Assembly: GCA_963796685.1 (NCBI GenBank)
Contig: CAWCMR010000022.1
Span: 64,001-128,000, forward strand
Reading direction: 5' to 3'
DNA: 64,000 nucleotides
DNA from: an uncultured delta proteobacterium
GTDB taxonomy: Bacteria > Myxococcota_A > Polyangia > Fen-1088
Shown here: positions 1 through 10,010 of the stretch, piece by piece
Numbering within the stretch: position 1 is the stretch's first letter
Layout: each line of letters opens with the position of its first letter
Notes under the pieces: generated by a model
Seen by the model: only the letters and a program-made list of their open reading frames with translations
Databases searched by the model: none
What the model was told of the DNA's origin: nothing
Program-made: the position numbers and the translations under genes

Positions 1-1416
1 CGAGCCGGACTTTCCCCCCGTGTCGGTTGCGCCGCCACTGCCGGTCCCTCCACCTGCACCCGCGCTGCTGCCGCCATGGCTGGCCACGCTGCCGCCCACG
101 CCGGGTGAGCCGCCGCTCCCGCTGCTGCCTCCCTTGTTGTCGCCGCCCGCACCGCTGCCCGAGCTTCCGGCACTGCCCGAGCTTCCGCCGCTGTCCGAGC
201 TTCCGCCGCTGCCCGACGTTCCGCCGCTGCCCGAGCCGCCGCCGGCGCTGCCCGACGTTCCGCCACTGGCGGCGGAGGTATCACTGCCAGGGGTAGCATC
301 GCGGCCGGCCGCCCCACCATCGCGCACGGTGGTGGAGCCCCCCGTGCCTGTGGCACCGCCTGCGCCGCTGGTTCCTCCCAATCCACTAGCCCCACCGGCC
401 CCACCACTGCCGCCGCCAGGAATGGCATCCGGGCACGCTGCCGTCTCGGGATCCTGGTCGCTGGCCTTGTCGAGGCCGAAGTACGCGGCGGTGGCACTGC
501 CGTCGAACGGCACCGCGTGCCCGACGCCGGACAATGCGAAGGTCTCGTAGACCGTGTAGCCACATTTGCTCTTCCAGTACTGGTGGGTGGTTCCGCTCTT
601 CGGGGTGTCGGTCCCGTCGGGGGTCGAGCTCAAGTCGAGAAGGTTGGTCCACTCCTTGATGTCCTCGGCCATGTTCTTGTAATTGAGCGTGGTGTCCGAG
701 GTGCCGTGCCAGTGTTGCATGCGCGGACGATGCCCGGTGTAACCCGGAAAATAGGATCGAACCAAATCCCCCCACTGCTGCGCGGTCTTGACCACGCTGC
801 CGTTCGCGCAGTCGCCGCTCCACTGACCGGTACCATCCGAGGGCTTGCCGGTGACATCGTTGTAGTTCACGCCCCAACAGCCGCACGGGACCCCCATGAG
901 CGAGATGCCTGCCATGAAGACATCGGGATACACGCCCAGCAACGCCTCGGTCATGATCCCGCCCGAGGAGCCACCCACCGTATACACACGATTCGCGTCG
1001 CCACCGTATTTGGACAGGGCGTACTTCACCATCTGCACGACGGCGCCGGTGTCGCCCTTGCCCCCGTGGCTGAGCGAGCGCGCCGAGCCGGCGTCCCAAC
1101 AGTTCTGTCCGGTGGCCTCGGGAAAGATCATGATGAAGCCGGTCTTGTCCGAGATGGACAGCAAGCTCGACGATTCGCTGTAGCTCGACGAGGCGGTCCC
1201 CTGGCAGTGATGGGGCACGACCACGATGGGCGGCTTGCTGGCCTGCTGCGCGGGCACGTAGATGTACATGTTCACGTAGCTAGGCAGACCGGTGACGCTC
1301 TCCCACCAGACGCTCTGCTCGACCTTCTGCATGGAAGCTGCACGCGCCGGCAGTGCGCACAGCAGCCCGAGCAGGAGCGAGGTCAGGACGAAGAGGTGAT
1401 GCCAGATTCGATTCAT
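1..1416 (-). CDS. Secreted PHB-depolymerase-family / CE1 acetylxylan-feruloyl esterase with Gly-rich linker; 3' end runs off the window
   Basis: Missing from the ORF track (no stop in window). Manual translation from ATG 1416: [26 protein letters not shown] (signal peptide), MYIYVP, HHCQG, NCWD, nucleophile elbow [25 protein letters not shown], then GSSGSG repeats. Confidence 0.85.
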   Translation of the reverse strand, partial: MNRIWHHLFVLTSLLLGLLCALPARAASMQKVEQSVWWESVTGLPSYVNMYIYVPAQQASKPPIVVVPHHCQGTASSSYSESSSLLSISDKTGFIMIFPEATGQNCWDAGSARSLSHGGKGDTGAVVQMVKYALSKYGGDANRVYTVGGSSGGIMTEALLGVYPDVFMAGISLMGVPCGCWGVNYNDVTGKPSDGTGQWSGDCANGSVVKTAQQWGDLVRSYFPGYTGHRPRMQHWHGTSDTTLNYKNMAEDIKEWTNLLDLSSTPDGTDTPKSGTTHQYWKSKCGYTVYETFALSGVGHAVPFDGSATAAYFGLDKASDQDPETAACPDAIPGGGSGGAGGASGLGGTSGAGGATGTGGSTTVRDGGAAGRDATPGSDTSAASGGTSGSAGGGSGSGGTSGSGGSSDSGGSSGSAGSSGSGAGGDNKGGSSGSGGSPGVGGSVASHGGSSAGAGGGTGSGGATDTGGKSGS

Positions 1417-1539
1417 CGTTTGTTGCTCCACTGAATGTTCAAGGCGTTGGAAGAAGTCTGCGACGAAGCGGCACCGACGAGATCGGCGCTGCCCCAACAC
1501 GGCTGTCCGCCGCAAAAACCCGGTACCAAGTCGAATCGG

Positions 1540-1568
1540 CCCGAGTTTCCCGAGTTTTCCCGAGATTT
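1540..1568. repeat. Three tandem ~10-bp repeats CCCGAG(T/A)TTT in a divergent intergenic region; possible operator
   Basis: CCCGAGTTT CCCGAGTTTT CCCGAGATTT. Confidence 0.4.
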
Positions 1569-1812
1569 CTCAGGGGCTTGGCCCGTGGTAGGCATTTTTC
1601 CGCGATGTTTGTCGAAACCCTCGAGACCGTGTCGAGCGTTGAGCATAAGGCATTCAAGCGCCACTTTCCCTTCGTTTTCATGTCGAGGCCAACCACGCTT
1701 CCCGCCCGGCGTCGAGGTCGCTGGACCGGGCTCCATCAGGGGCGTTACACGATGCACCGTGTAGCTGATGACCACCCGTGTCTGGCCTGGCTTCGATGCT
1801 ATCTTACTCGGC

Positions 1813-2754
1813 ATGAATCCGCCGCTGAACGTAGGTGCTGGCCACAAAGGCCTGAAGAGCGAGGCCATGAAAGTGGCCCTGGACGAGGCCCTGCGCGGCC
1901 GCCTGGACGATCTGCAGGGGTTGCTCGCACGCCATGGCAACATGCCCTCGCCGAAGCCGAATCTCGAATTGGCCGCAGCGTTTGGGGTCGAGGCCGCCGC
2001 CCAGACACGCGACGTGACGGCCCTTCTGACCACGTTGGCGGCCACCCATACCGAGGCCGATACTGCGGACGTCTTCGTGCCCATTGCCGCGGCCTACGGT
2101 TGGGTTGCTTTGCTGCGTTCATCGCCCGACAACCGGGACGCCTGGAACGCGGTCCACGAATTCCTGGCCGACGAGCGAACGCCTGTCCGCACGGGTATTC
2201 GAGACGCGCTCGTGCGCCATTGCGGCTACCCGTATCAGGCGGATCGGCTGATAGCCCAGGGCCTGCGCTGGATGGAGGAAGACGGCGACGAGCCGCAGTT
2301 TGGTGTGGCGGCGGTGCTCCTGGAGCTCTTCGCCAAGAAGACAATCACCAACAAGGTGGCTGACCCGTCCGTGCTGTGGGAATTCCTGTCGCGGGTCTTG
2401 GCGATCGTGTCGAATGCGTCCCGCTCTGCATCCCGCCGGGATGCGTATCGTCGCTTGCTGGCCGCGCTTCCCCCGGGCATCGCGGCTTGCGTGGCCAACG
2501 TCGGCTCGGCTAGCGGGCTGGCCCAAGCTGCCCACGCTTGGCTGAAGAACGAATGCACCCTCGCACGCGAAGAGTCGGTTCGCGGCCTTCTGTCCGAGAC
2601 CATCATTCAACTGCGCTCACCGGCGCACGGCCTCGCTGCTGGCCAGGTCGACGCTCTTCACGCGGCCTTGGCTGCGGGAACCAAGCCTACCCGCCGGGCG
2701 GAACGCATGCGACCTGGCCAGGGCAGGGGGAAGCTTTCCCGGCAGACCAGATAG
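1813..2754 (+). CDS. Conserved hypothetical alpha-helical (HEAT-like) protein
   Basis: Coding-like composition; N-terminal LARHGNMPSPKPNLELAAAF resembles the 'S.LPGPR.NLELA' family; start uncertain (1768/1813/1868). Confidence 0.65.
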   Translation: MNPPLNVGAGHKGLKSEAMKVALDEALRGRLDDLQGLLARHGNMPSPKPNLELAAAFGVEAAAQTRDVTALLTTLAATHTEADTADVFVPIAAAYGWVALLRSSPDNRDAWNAVHEFLADERTPVRTGIRDALVRHCGYPYQADRLIAQGLRWMEEDGDEPQFGVAAVLLELFAKKTITNKVADPSVLWEFLSRVLAIVSNASRSASRRDAYRRLLAALPPGIAACVANVGSASGLAQAAHAWLKNECTLAREESVRGLLSETIIQLRSPAHGLAAGQVDALHAALAAGTKPTRRAERMRPGQGRGKLSRQTR

Positions 2755-2997
2755 AGGTCTGCGCCGGACCAATCGGTGGCGCAGGTAGGAGCCGAATTTC
2801 TCGACGATGGTTTACGGCTCCGCAGCCGTCATCTCCCCAGGGACCGCGCGCGGCTGCAACCGCTTCCGTCAGGGATGGCTTCTCCCGGCCGGGTGGAGCT
2901 TCGACCGCCTCCGATATAGGGTTGTTGCGCAACCTGCACGTTGACACCCAGTCGGGTTGACAGGGCGACGGGCGCCGCTCAGATTTGTCGTCGAGCA

Positions 2998-4065
2998 ATG
3001 TCCACCCTTCGTGCCACGCTCGAACAGGCTGCGGCCGGGTTGGTCCTGGCCACGGGGCAACGTCACACCATCATCATCCCCTCGAAGATCGTGCGTGTGC
3101 GCATGGTGGGGATGCTCTTCGACACCGACAAGACCTTCCTGCTCCCGTCCTCGATGGCCGGCATCCAACGTCTCAAGCAGCTCTACGACGAGCACCACCC
3201 CAAGACCGTCCTGGTGTCTGGGCACACCGACCGGGCCGGGTCCGCCGATCACAACCTGACCCTGTCGGTAGAGCGCGCGCAAGCGGTGGCGGCGTTTCTG
3301 CAAGACGACGTCGACGACTGGCTGCCGCGCTACCGGGCGGGCCAGCACAAGTCGCTGACTTGGGGCGTGCGCGAGGACCAGCTCATGCTGGCGTATCTGC
3401 GCGACGGGAGCGGCAAGCCGTACCTGGTCGGCGCGGTCAGTAGCAAGTCCGGCCCTGCCACGCGGGACGCCACCCACCGTTTTCAAGCCGACAACGGGCT
3501 CGCCCAAGCGGCCATGAACGACGACACCCGGCGCATCCTCATCCGGAAGTACATGGCGACGGACGGCACGACCCTGCCCGACGACGCCACGCTGGCCATC
3601 CACGGCTGCGGGGAATCGCACCCGTCGGTGCCCACCGCGGACAGCGTGGCCTTGGCCGAGAATCGTCGGGTCGAGATCTTCTTCTTCTCCGGACCGGCCA
3701 AGCCACCGCCGGTCGACCCTTGCCCGTCAGGGGGATGCGCCGAGTACCCGCAGTGGGTGGCGCGCTCGTCGCAGACCATCGACATCAATGCAGCGCCCGA
3801 GGTCGTCGTGTTCCTGGTCGACGAGCTGGGCCTGCCCCTGCGCAACGCCGCGGTCCGCCTGCTCTTGCCGGGCGGCGCCAAGGAAGAGGCCCAGACCGAC
3901 GAGCACGGCACGGTCCGACCCCGCGTCGCCCCCGGCACCGCGTTCGACGTCGTGGTCCTCGACGTGCACGAGGGCGGGGCGCAGGACTCCCTCACCACAC
4001 CCTCCGGGCACCACTTCGCCGCGGGTGGCGTCGCGCCGGCAACCGACTCGGGAGGTGGCGCGTGA
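2998..4065 (+). CDS. OmpA-like domain protein with inserted peptidoglycan-binding region and C-terminal transthyretin-like domain; no signal peptide
   Basis: FDTDKTFLLP, VSGHTDRAGSADHNLTLSVERAQAV, GPATRDATHRFQADNGL, ENRRVEIFFF; C-terminal LVDELGLPLRNAAVRLLLPGG..AQTDEHG. Confidence 0.8.
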   Translation: MSTLRATLEQAAAGLVLATGQRHTIIIPSKIVRVRMVGMLFDTDKTFLLPSSMAGIQRLKQLYDEHHPKTVLVSGHTDRAGSADHNLTLSVERAQAVAAFLQDDVDDWLPRYRAGQHKSLTWGVREDQLMLAYLRDGSGKPYLVGAVSSKSGPATRDATHRFQADNGLAQAAMNDDTRRILIRKYMATDGTTLPDDATLAIHGCGESHPSVPTADSVALAENRRVEIFFFSGPAKPPPVDPCPSGGCAEYPQWVARSSQTIDINAAPEVVVFLVDELGLPLRNAAVRLLLPGGAKEEAQTDEHGTVRPRVAPGTAFDVVVLDVHEGGAQDSLTTPSGHHFAAGGVAPATDSGGGA

Positions 4066-5249
4066 CCCCGCGGGTGGCGTTCGTGCCGAGCACGCGCACG
4101 CAACCGCTGCGACTGCACGAGCTGGGCTTGACCCCGGAAGGGCACTGGGGGTTGATCGACGACGACGTGTGGCTGGGCGCCCAGGCCGCGCACGAGGTCG
4201 AGCTGCTCTATCTTTCCCACCCCGATTACCTGCACGCGGTCCGGCACCTCGATGCCGGCCAGATCGGCGAGGCCGTGCTGCGCCGGCGTCGGGTCTTCTC
4301 TGCTGCTCTGCCCAGCCAGGCCTTGGGCGAGGTCGCTCTGGCCGTGTCCCGCTGTATCTCGGCGATACCGGTCGGTGCATCGACCGGCGACGTCGTGCCG
4401 GATCTCCTGGCGGCCCTGGCCTCCTTCACCACCATGCCCCGCCTGGCCCACACCTCCCCCCTCGTGCTCATCGACTATCTGCGCGACGGCGAGGCCGAGG
4501 TCATCGCCCAGATCGAATCGCCGTCCATGTGCGCGGCCCAACCTGCCGGCGGCGGGCTCGATCCCGACGGCTCGGAGCGGGAGATCCGACGCCGATTCGC
4601 CACCGAGCTGGGCGCGATCGCGGCCGAGCGGGATCGCAGCGCCGACGTGCGTTTTCTTCCCTATGTCGATGTGTCGCGCACCTACTACGTCGAGCCCGCG
4701 AACCCCGAGGTGAAAAAGCGCGCCCACTTCCTGGGCGATCCGGTCCGAGACTGGGGCCAGGGCATGCTCTTGCCCCTGCCCGAGCGGGTGGCTGCCGACG
4801 TGAAGGTACTCGGGCATCGGCTGACCGTGGTGTTCCCGGCCGCCGGGCCCTTCCTGGGCGCCTTGCAGGAATGCACGGGGCCGCAGCTGGACGTGGAGCT
4901 GCACGAGCGCCTGAGCGCGCCCGGCCTCGCGGCCCATCTCGACCAGCAGCGACTGGAGCAGGCGGTCCTGCGCTCGGCGGCGCTGCTCGTGGCGGGTGCG
5001 GATGCGGAGCTTGGGCCAATTTTGCGCGCCCAGACCGAGCTGGAGGCGTCGGCCCTGCCAGGCTGGCTGACCCACGCTCAGGGTACGTTCTCGTCCTTGT
5101 CCGACCTGCCCCAGGAGCTGGCGGCCATCGTCGATACCGCCACCCTGCTGGCCGGGCTGTGCCGGCTCAAGGACAAGCCGGCCATCGCCGGCAAGGTCGA
5201 GGCGCTCGGCCGCGCGCTCTCGCACGTGGCCCGGGAAGCGAGGAGCTGA
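4062..5249 (+). CDS. Hypothetical protein
   Basis: GTG start overlaps upstream TGA (GTGA) with GGAGG RBS; high GC3 codons; no recognisable motif. Confidence 0.7.
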   Translation: MTPRVAFVPSTRTQPLRLHELGLTPEGHWGLIDDDVWLGAQAAHEVELLYLSHPDYLHAVRHLDAGQIGEAVLRRRRVFSAALPSQALGEVALAVSRCISAIPVGASTGDVVPDLLAALASFTTMPRLAHTSPLVLIDYLRDGEAEVIAQIESPSMCAAQPAGGGLDPDGSEREIRRRFATELGAIAAERDRSADVRFLPYVDVSRTYYVEPANPEVKKRAHFLGDPVRDWGQGMLLPLPERVAADVKVLGHRLTVVFPAAGPFLGALQECTGPQLDVELHERLSAPGLAAHLDQQRLEQAVLRSAALLVAGADAELGPILRAQTELEASALPGWLTHAQGTFSSLSDLPQELAAIVDTATLLAGLCRLKDKPAIAGKVEALGRALSHVAREARS

Positions 5250-5254
5250 TCGAC

Positions 5255-6448
5255 ATGGCCGCCTTCTACCACCTGTGGCACCACCCTGATCTCGACGGCA
5301 GCGCCCCCTTCGCCACTGTCGATCTCGACATCCCGGCCATCCAGGGTGGCAAGACCGAATCCAAGTCGTTCCAAAGCCTGAAGAACGACATGGCCAAGCT
5401 GCGCGACGACGGCGTGGGCAAGGGCATCGTGGACGGCAGCATCGTCGACGTGGGCAAGAGCACCGAGAGCCGGGAGCTGTGGGCCCTCAAGGTGGGCAAG
5501 GGCGCAGACCACAAGATCCTGGTCACCGGCTGCCACCATGCCCGGGAATGGATCTCGGTCGAGGTGCCCTTCCTGGTGGCCAAGTTCCTCATCGACAACT
5601 ACGCGGACGCGCCCACGGACGAGAAGGGCAAGCGCATCAAGCACCTGCTCGACAATCGCGAGATCTGGTTCGTACCGCTGGTCAATCCCGACGGCCACTG
5701 GCACTCGGCGATGAAGCTGCGCCTGTGGCGGCCCAATCGCCGCAAGGTCACCTTCGATCACGACCAGACCCTGCGCGCGCCCAGATTCGGCGGGGGCACG
5801 CGGACCATCAACATCAAGGCCGGAACCTACCAGGGCATCGATCTGAATCGCAACTACCCGAGCAAGCACTGGGGCGAGGAGACCCAAGCCACCAGCCGGA
5901 ACCCGGCCGACGCGCAGTGGGGCATCTGGGCCGGCCCCTCGGCGGGCTCGGAGGTCGAGACCCAGCTCATGGTCTCCTTGATCAAGGATCAGAAGTTTCG
6001 CTCGGGCATCACCTACCACAACTTCAGCCAGCTTCTGCTCTATCCGCCCGCAGCCCGCAAGGACGCCTTCACCCAGTTCGTGGGCCAGGGCATGAGCAAG
6101 CTCATCGACGCCAACGGCAACCCCTACCGGTACATGTCCGGCGACGATCTGTATCCGACCACGGGCGATCTGATGGAATACATGTACGGCGTGCTGCCCG
6201 GCCGCCCGAATTTCACCCCCGAGCTGCGCCCCAAGGACGGTGCGCCCGACGAGCGCGCCTTCAGCGGCCTGCCCGAGGACGAGATCGAGCCGACCTTCAA
6301 GGAGAACCTGGGCGCGGCCATGGCCCTCATCAACTGCGCCGGGTTCGATGCCCCGGCCAAGGAGGTGACCATCCGGTGGTCGCCGGACACCACGGTTGGA
6401 CAGGTGGTACGCAACGGCTGGCGTGTCTTCGAGGGGCCGGCCCCATGA
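5255..6448 (+). CDS. M14 family zinc carboxypeptidase, no signal peptide
   Basis: GKSTESRELW, HHAREW, VPLVNPDG, WRPNR, GIDLNRNY, SEVET, TYHNFSQ, PELRP; AGGAG RBS. Confidence 0.9.
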   Translation: MAAFYHLWHHPDLDGSAPFATVDLDIPAIQGGKTESKSFQSLKNDMAKLRDDGVGKGIVDGSIVDVGKSTESRELWALKVGKGADHKILVTGCHHAREWISVEVPFLVAKFLIDNYADAPTDEKGKRIKHLLDNREIWFVPLVNPDGHWHSAMKLRLWRPNRRKVTFDHDQTLRAPRFGGGTRTINIKAGTYQGIDLNRNYPSKHWGEETQATSRNPADAQWGIWAGPSAGSEVETQLMVSLIKDQKFRSGITYHNFSQLLLYPPAARKDAFTQFVGQGMSKLIDANGNPYRYMSGDDLYPTTGDLMEYMYGVLPGRPNFTPELRPKDGAPDERAFSGLPEDEIEPTFKENLGAAMALINCAGFDAPAKEVTIRWSPDTTVGQVVRNGWRVFEGPAP

Positions 6449-7641
6449 GCGTGGGGAGCTGGATCATGGTGCTGGGAGCCATCGGGATGGGTCGCGCCGC
6501 TGCCACGCCGGGCGAGCGAATCGTGCTGTGCAAGGATCCAGCGGGCATCTGCCGGCAGGGCACCGTGCTGGGCAAGAGCACGCACGGGATCTGGGCCCAG
6601 GTCGCCGACGACGCCGTGCTGGCCGCGCATCCTGTGCCGAGGGTGCTGTACTTCTCCGTGCCCGAGTACCAAGACGCCATGTCCGGGCTGTCCGACAAGG
6701 AGCGCGCACAGGCCATCCTTCGCCGGGACGAGGTCGTCGCGGGCAACCTGTCCGGCTGCCTGTTCGCGCAGCTCACGCGGGACCTGAAGGACAGCGCGCC
6801 CGGCGCCACCCGCGCGGATCTCGACGCCCTGATCGAGGCCGCGGCCGTGCTCGACGGCGGCAGCGAGCGCCTGCGCGGCTCGGGTGCCGGAGAGCTCCTG
6901 GACATGGCCAGCGCGGATCTGGCCCAGCTCGTGGTCGAGCTGCCCAAGGGCCCCCTGGTCGAGGCCTTCGCCAAGCAGGCCGAGGCCGTGGGCCGCCTGG
7001 CCACCGGCCTACGCAAGGACGGCAGCCGCTCGCCATTGCCCTTCGCCGAGCCGAGAGCCGTGTTCTTCATCCCCTCGCTGCCCGAGAAGGAGCTCCTCGT
7101 GCTGCGCGCCCTCGCGGGCTATCCGCACGCGTGGCATGGTGGCGTGGTCGCCATCGTGGATCGACACCAGCTCGCGCAGGCCCCCTTCAAGGGGCGTGCG
7201 CTCGAGCAGCTCTACCCAGGGCCCGCCGACTATCTCGCGGATCTGACCGAGCTGACGGCCGCCCAATTGGATCGCCGTCTGGCGACCCGCCTCAGGTCGG
7301 GCTTCGACCGGAACGGCTTCGTGGCCGAGCTGGCCTTTCGCCACGCCATCCTCTGTCGCGCGCTGACCACCCTGGCGCAGAAGAGCCGCATGCCCTGGGC
7401 CACCGAGTGGCAGGCCATCGACGCGATGGACGTCGACAATCTGCAACGGGTCCTGGCCGCGACCCGGCCCACCGCCACCTCGGAGCGCGAGCCTCGGGTC
7501 GACCGTGCACGCGGCGATTTCGCCTTGGCCGCCGGGCTCCTGCGCGATGGCGATGCCAGGCACCGGGCCATGTTGGTCAAGGCCACCGACGCCCTGTCGA
7601 AGCTTGCCCTTGGCAAGGGCTGGCCAAGGACCGACCCATGA
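6445..7641 (+). CDS. Hypothetical secreted protein
   Basis: ATGA overlap with M14 gene; N-terminal MSVGSWIMVLGAIGMGRAAA signal-like; helical composition. Confidence 0.7.
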   Translation: MSVGSWIMVLGAIGMGRAAATPGERIVLCKDPAGICRQGTVLGKSTHGIWAQVADDAVLAAHPVPRVLYFSVPEYQDAMSGLSDKERAQAILRRDEVVAGNLSGCLFAQLTRDLKDSAPGATRADLDALIEAAAVLDGGSERLRGSGAGELLDMASADLAQLVVELPKGPLVEAFAKQAEAVGRLATGLRKDGSRSPLPFAEPRAVFFIPSLPEKELLVLRALAGYPHAWHGGVVAIVDRHQLAQAPFKGRALEQLYPGPADYLADLTELTAAQLDRRLATRLRSGFDRNGFVAELAFRHAILCRALTTLAQKSRMPWATEWQAIDAMDVDNLQRVLAATRPTATSEREPRVDRARGDFALAAGLLRDGDARHRAMLVKATDALSKLALGKGWPRTDP

Positions 7642-10010
7642 CCAGCGCGGGCATGATGAGCTATCCCTCGCTGCGCGTGTCCTCATCACCAGGCGCGCAG
7701 ATCCTCCTGGTTCGCGCCACCGATGCGCTACGCCTGTGCCGGGAGGCGGGCTATCGGCTCCTGCCCGCCCATCGCACACTGCCGCTGCTCGGCACCCTCG
7801 ACCGCCGCGCACAAGGTGAGGTGAGAGCCTTCGTGGCCCATGTCTCGCGCACCCGACTGCGCCTGGAGGGTGCTCAGGATGCCCTGGTGCTGGCCTCGCT
7901 GCGCGAGCTGGTCCGAAGTCAGGACGTCGTCGCCATCTGCGAAGGTGACACCAGCCAGAGCCCCGACGGCGACGGGACCGCTGAGCAGCGCCGCCTGGTG
8001 CGCGCCATCGCGGCTCTGACCCGAGGCGGCCGGCTTGCATACCAAGGACGCGGGTATCGGTTGGTCGCCGCCCCTGACCTCGGGCGACTGCCTGACCGCG
8101 ACAGCTACGAGGTCGTTCGCCGCGCCGACGCCGAGCAGATCCTCACCGGTCTAGCCAATCACAGCACTGCCCCCTCGGCCCAGCTGGCCAGCCTACTCAC
8201 CCAGGCCAAAGGCATGCTGGCGCACGACTGGCGTCCGCCCATGGCGCCGGACGGGCTCGTCTTGTTCCGGCGTATCTCGACCGTCGCGGCCAGCAGCCCC
8301 AGCTCCGACCCCGCCATCACGCCGTCGCAGATGAAGAAGCTGGTCTCGGACTGGATCGAGATCGAGGTGGCCGACGAGGACGCCGTGCCTTACACCGGCA
8401 GCTACGCCCTGGACCTGCCCGATTCCAGCTCCATCGCCGGGACCTTCGACGACGACGGGTTCTACGGCAACCACGCCATCAGTACCGGGCAGTGCAAGCT
8501 GTTCCTGCCGGGCAAGCCGGAGGCCGCCGACGAATTCAAGGTGACGGTGGTCGACGAGACCGGTCAGCCGGTCGGGGGCGTGGCCCTCGTGTTCGGCGTC
8601 GGCGAGTCCAATTTCCCCGTCACCGCCGACGCCTCGGGCGTGGCCAAGCGCAAGGTGCCCAAGGCCAGCAGCGTGTCGGTCTCGTTCGCCGATGCGAGCG
8701 CCCTGGCCGCCACCATGAAGCCCCTCTGGGCCTCCCCGCGCAAGGTCGAGCGCAGCGCTTGGGTGCAGGAAGATGACGCCACCGCCACGGTGAGCCTGTG
8801 GGGCGGGCGCGTGGTGGAGGCGATCGCCGAAGACAGCGACGACAGCGACGACGGTCCCCTGCCCGAGGTCGAGGTCGAGCGCTTCGACGGCCTGCAGGTC
8901 GCGGCCGACAGACCGGGCATGTTGAGCGTCCAGCCGCTCGTGCTCATGGTCAGCCTGCTCGGCGAGCACTTCGACACCGACAAGTGTTTCCTTTTGCCCA
9001 AGGCGCTCGGCACCGTGCAGGACTTGGTGCAATTGCACCGGCAGTATCAGGACACCGACCTGCTCATCGTCGGTCACACCGACACCAGCGGGGCCGACGA
9101 CTACAACCTGGACCTGTCCCTCGAACGCACCTCCGCCATGCGGGCCTACCTCACCGACGACGCCGACGCCTGGCTCGCGTGGTACGACTTGGGCAAGCTG
9201 GCGAGCAAGCGCTGGGGCGAGACCGAGGACGCCTTGATGATCGGCGCCGTGGTGGACGGCAGCCCCTATCCCGCGTCCGTCCTCGGCTACCAGCAGTGGC
9301 ACAACGCACTGGCCGGCCGACAAGACGGCTACGAGGTCTTGGACGAGGACGGCGCCATCGGTCCGCACACGCGCAAGCAGCTCATCCTCGACTACATGCA
9401 CCGGGAGGACACCACGGTCCCGGCCGGCACCGCCATCGCGGTCCACGGCTGCGGCGAGCTCTTCCCGCTCGACGAATCGGGCACCGAGCTGGACCCGGCG
9501 GCGCAAGACGGGCAGGACCAACCGGAGGACCGGCGGGTCGAGGTGTTCCTGTTTCCAAAGGAGATCGGCATCGCACCGCCCGTGCCCGGCGACAAGGCCA
9601 GCCAGGGCGAAGAGGAATATCCCGAGTGGCGCCGGCGCGCCGTGGAGGCCGACCTGGCGTCCGACGTGCAGGCCGGCGACTGCGTGGTCTCGCTGGTCCT
9701 GGTCAGCAACTCGGGCAACGTGGTGCTGTCCAATCGGAAGTACGAATTGCGCATCGAAAACGGTCCGGTCTTGCAGGGCAAGACCGACGCCGACGGCTTC
9801 CTCGAGCACACCGGCCTTCCCGCGGGCGACCACACCCTGGTCGTGGATGGATGTGAATCCCGGGTCGGGGCAACCCCGCCGGACTGCACGCGCAGGCGCC
9901 ACATGATGGCGGGTTACGTGCTGATTGCGGGAGATGGCGGCGAAGACGGAGACGGCGAAGGCGGCGGAGACGGCGGGGGCGAAGGAGACGGCGAAGGAGA
10001 AGACATCTGA
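7638..10010 (+). CDS. Multidomain OmpA-like protein with three transthyretin-like repeats and an acidic Gly tail
   Basis: ATGA overlap; HFDTDKCFLLP, IVGHTDTSGADDYNLDLSLER, DGAIGPHTRK, EDRRVEVFLF; repeats WIEIEVADEDAVPY.., FKVTVVDETGQPVGG.., LSNRKYELRIENG..GKTDADG. Confidence 0.8.
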   Translation: MTSAGMMSYPSLRVSSSPGAQILLVRATDALRLCREAGYRLLPAHRTLPLLGTLDRRAQGEVRAFVAHVSRTRLRLEGAQDALVLASLRELVRSQDVVAICEGDTSQSPDGDGTAEQRRLVRAIAALTRGGRLAYQGRGYRLVAAPDLGRLPDRDSYEVVRRADAEQILTGLANHSTAPSAQLASLLTQAKGMLAHDWRPPMAPDGLVLFRRISTVAASSPSSDPAITPSQMKKLVSDWIEIEVADEDAVPYTGSYALDLPDSSSIAGTFDDDGFYGNHAISTGQCKLFLPGKPEAADEFKVTVVDETGQPVGGVALVFGVGESNFPVTADASGVAKRKVPKASSVSVSFADASALAATMKPLWASPRKVERSAWVQEDDATATVSLWGGRVVEAIAEDSDDSDDGPLPEVEVERFDGLQVAADRPGMLSVQPLVLMVSLLGEHFDTDKCFLLPKALGTVQDLVQLHRQYQDTDLLIVGHTDTSGADDYNLDLSLERTSAMRAYLTDDADAWLAWYDLGKLASKRWGETEDALMIGAVVDGSPYPASVLGYQQWHNALAGRQDGYEVLDEDGAIGPHTRKQLILDYMHREDTTVPAGTAIAVHGCGELFPLDESGTELDPAAQDGQDQPEDRRVEVFLFPKEIGIAPPVPGDKASQGEEEYPEWRRRAVEADLASDVQAGDCVVSLVLVSNSGNVVLSNRKYELRIENGPVLQGKTDADGFLEHTGLPAGDHTLVVDGCESRVGATPPDCTRRRHMMAGYVLIAGDGGEDGDGEGGGDGGGEGDGEGEDI

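Noticed and set aside
20-550. Pro-rich 176-aa plus-strand ORF
   Set aside because: Antisense shadow of the Gly/Ser linker of the minus-strand esterase
9930-10007. GGAGACGGCGAA-type short repeats
   Set aside because: Encode a low-complexity acidic tail; no further signal
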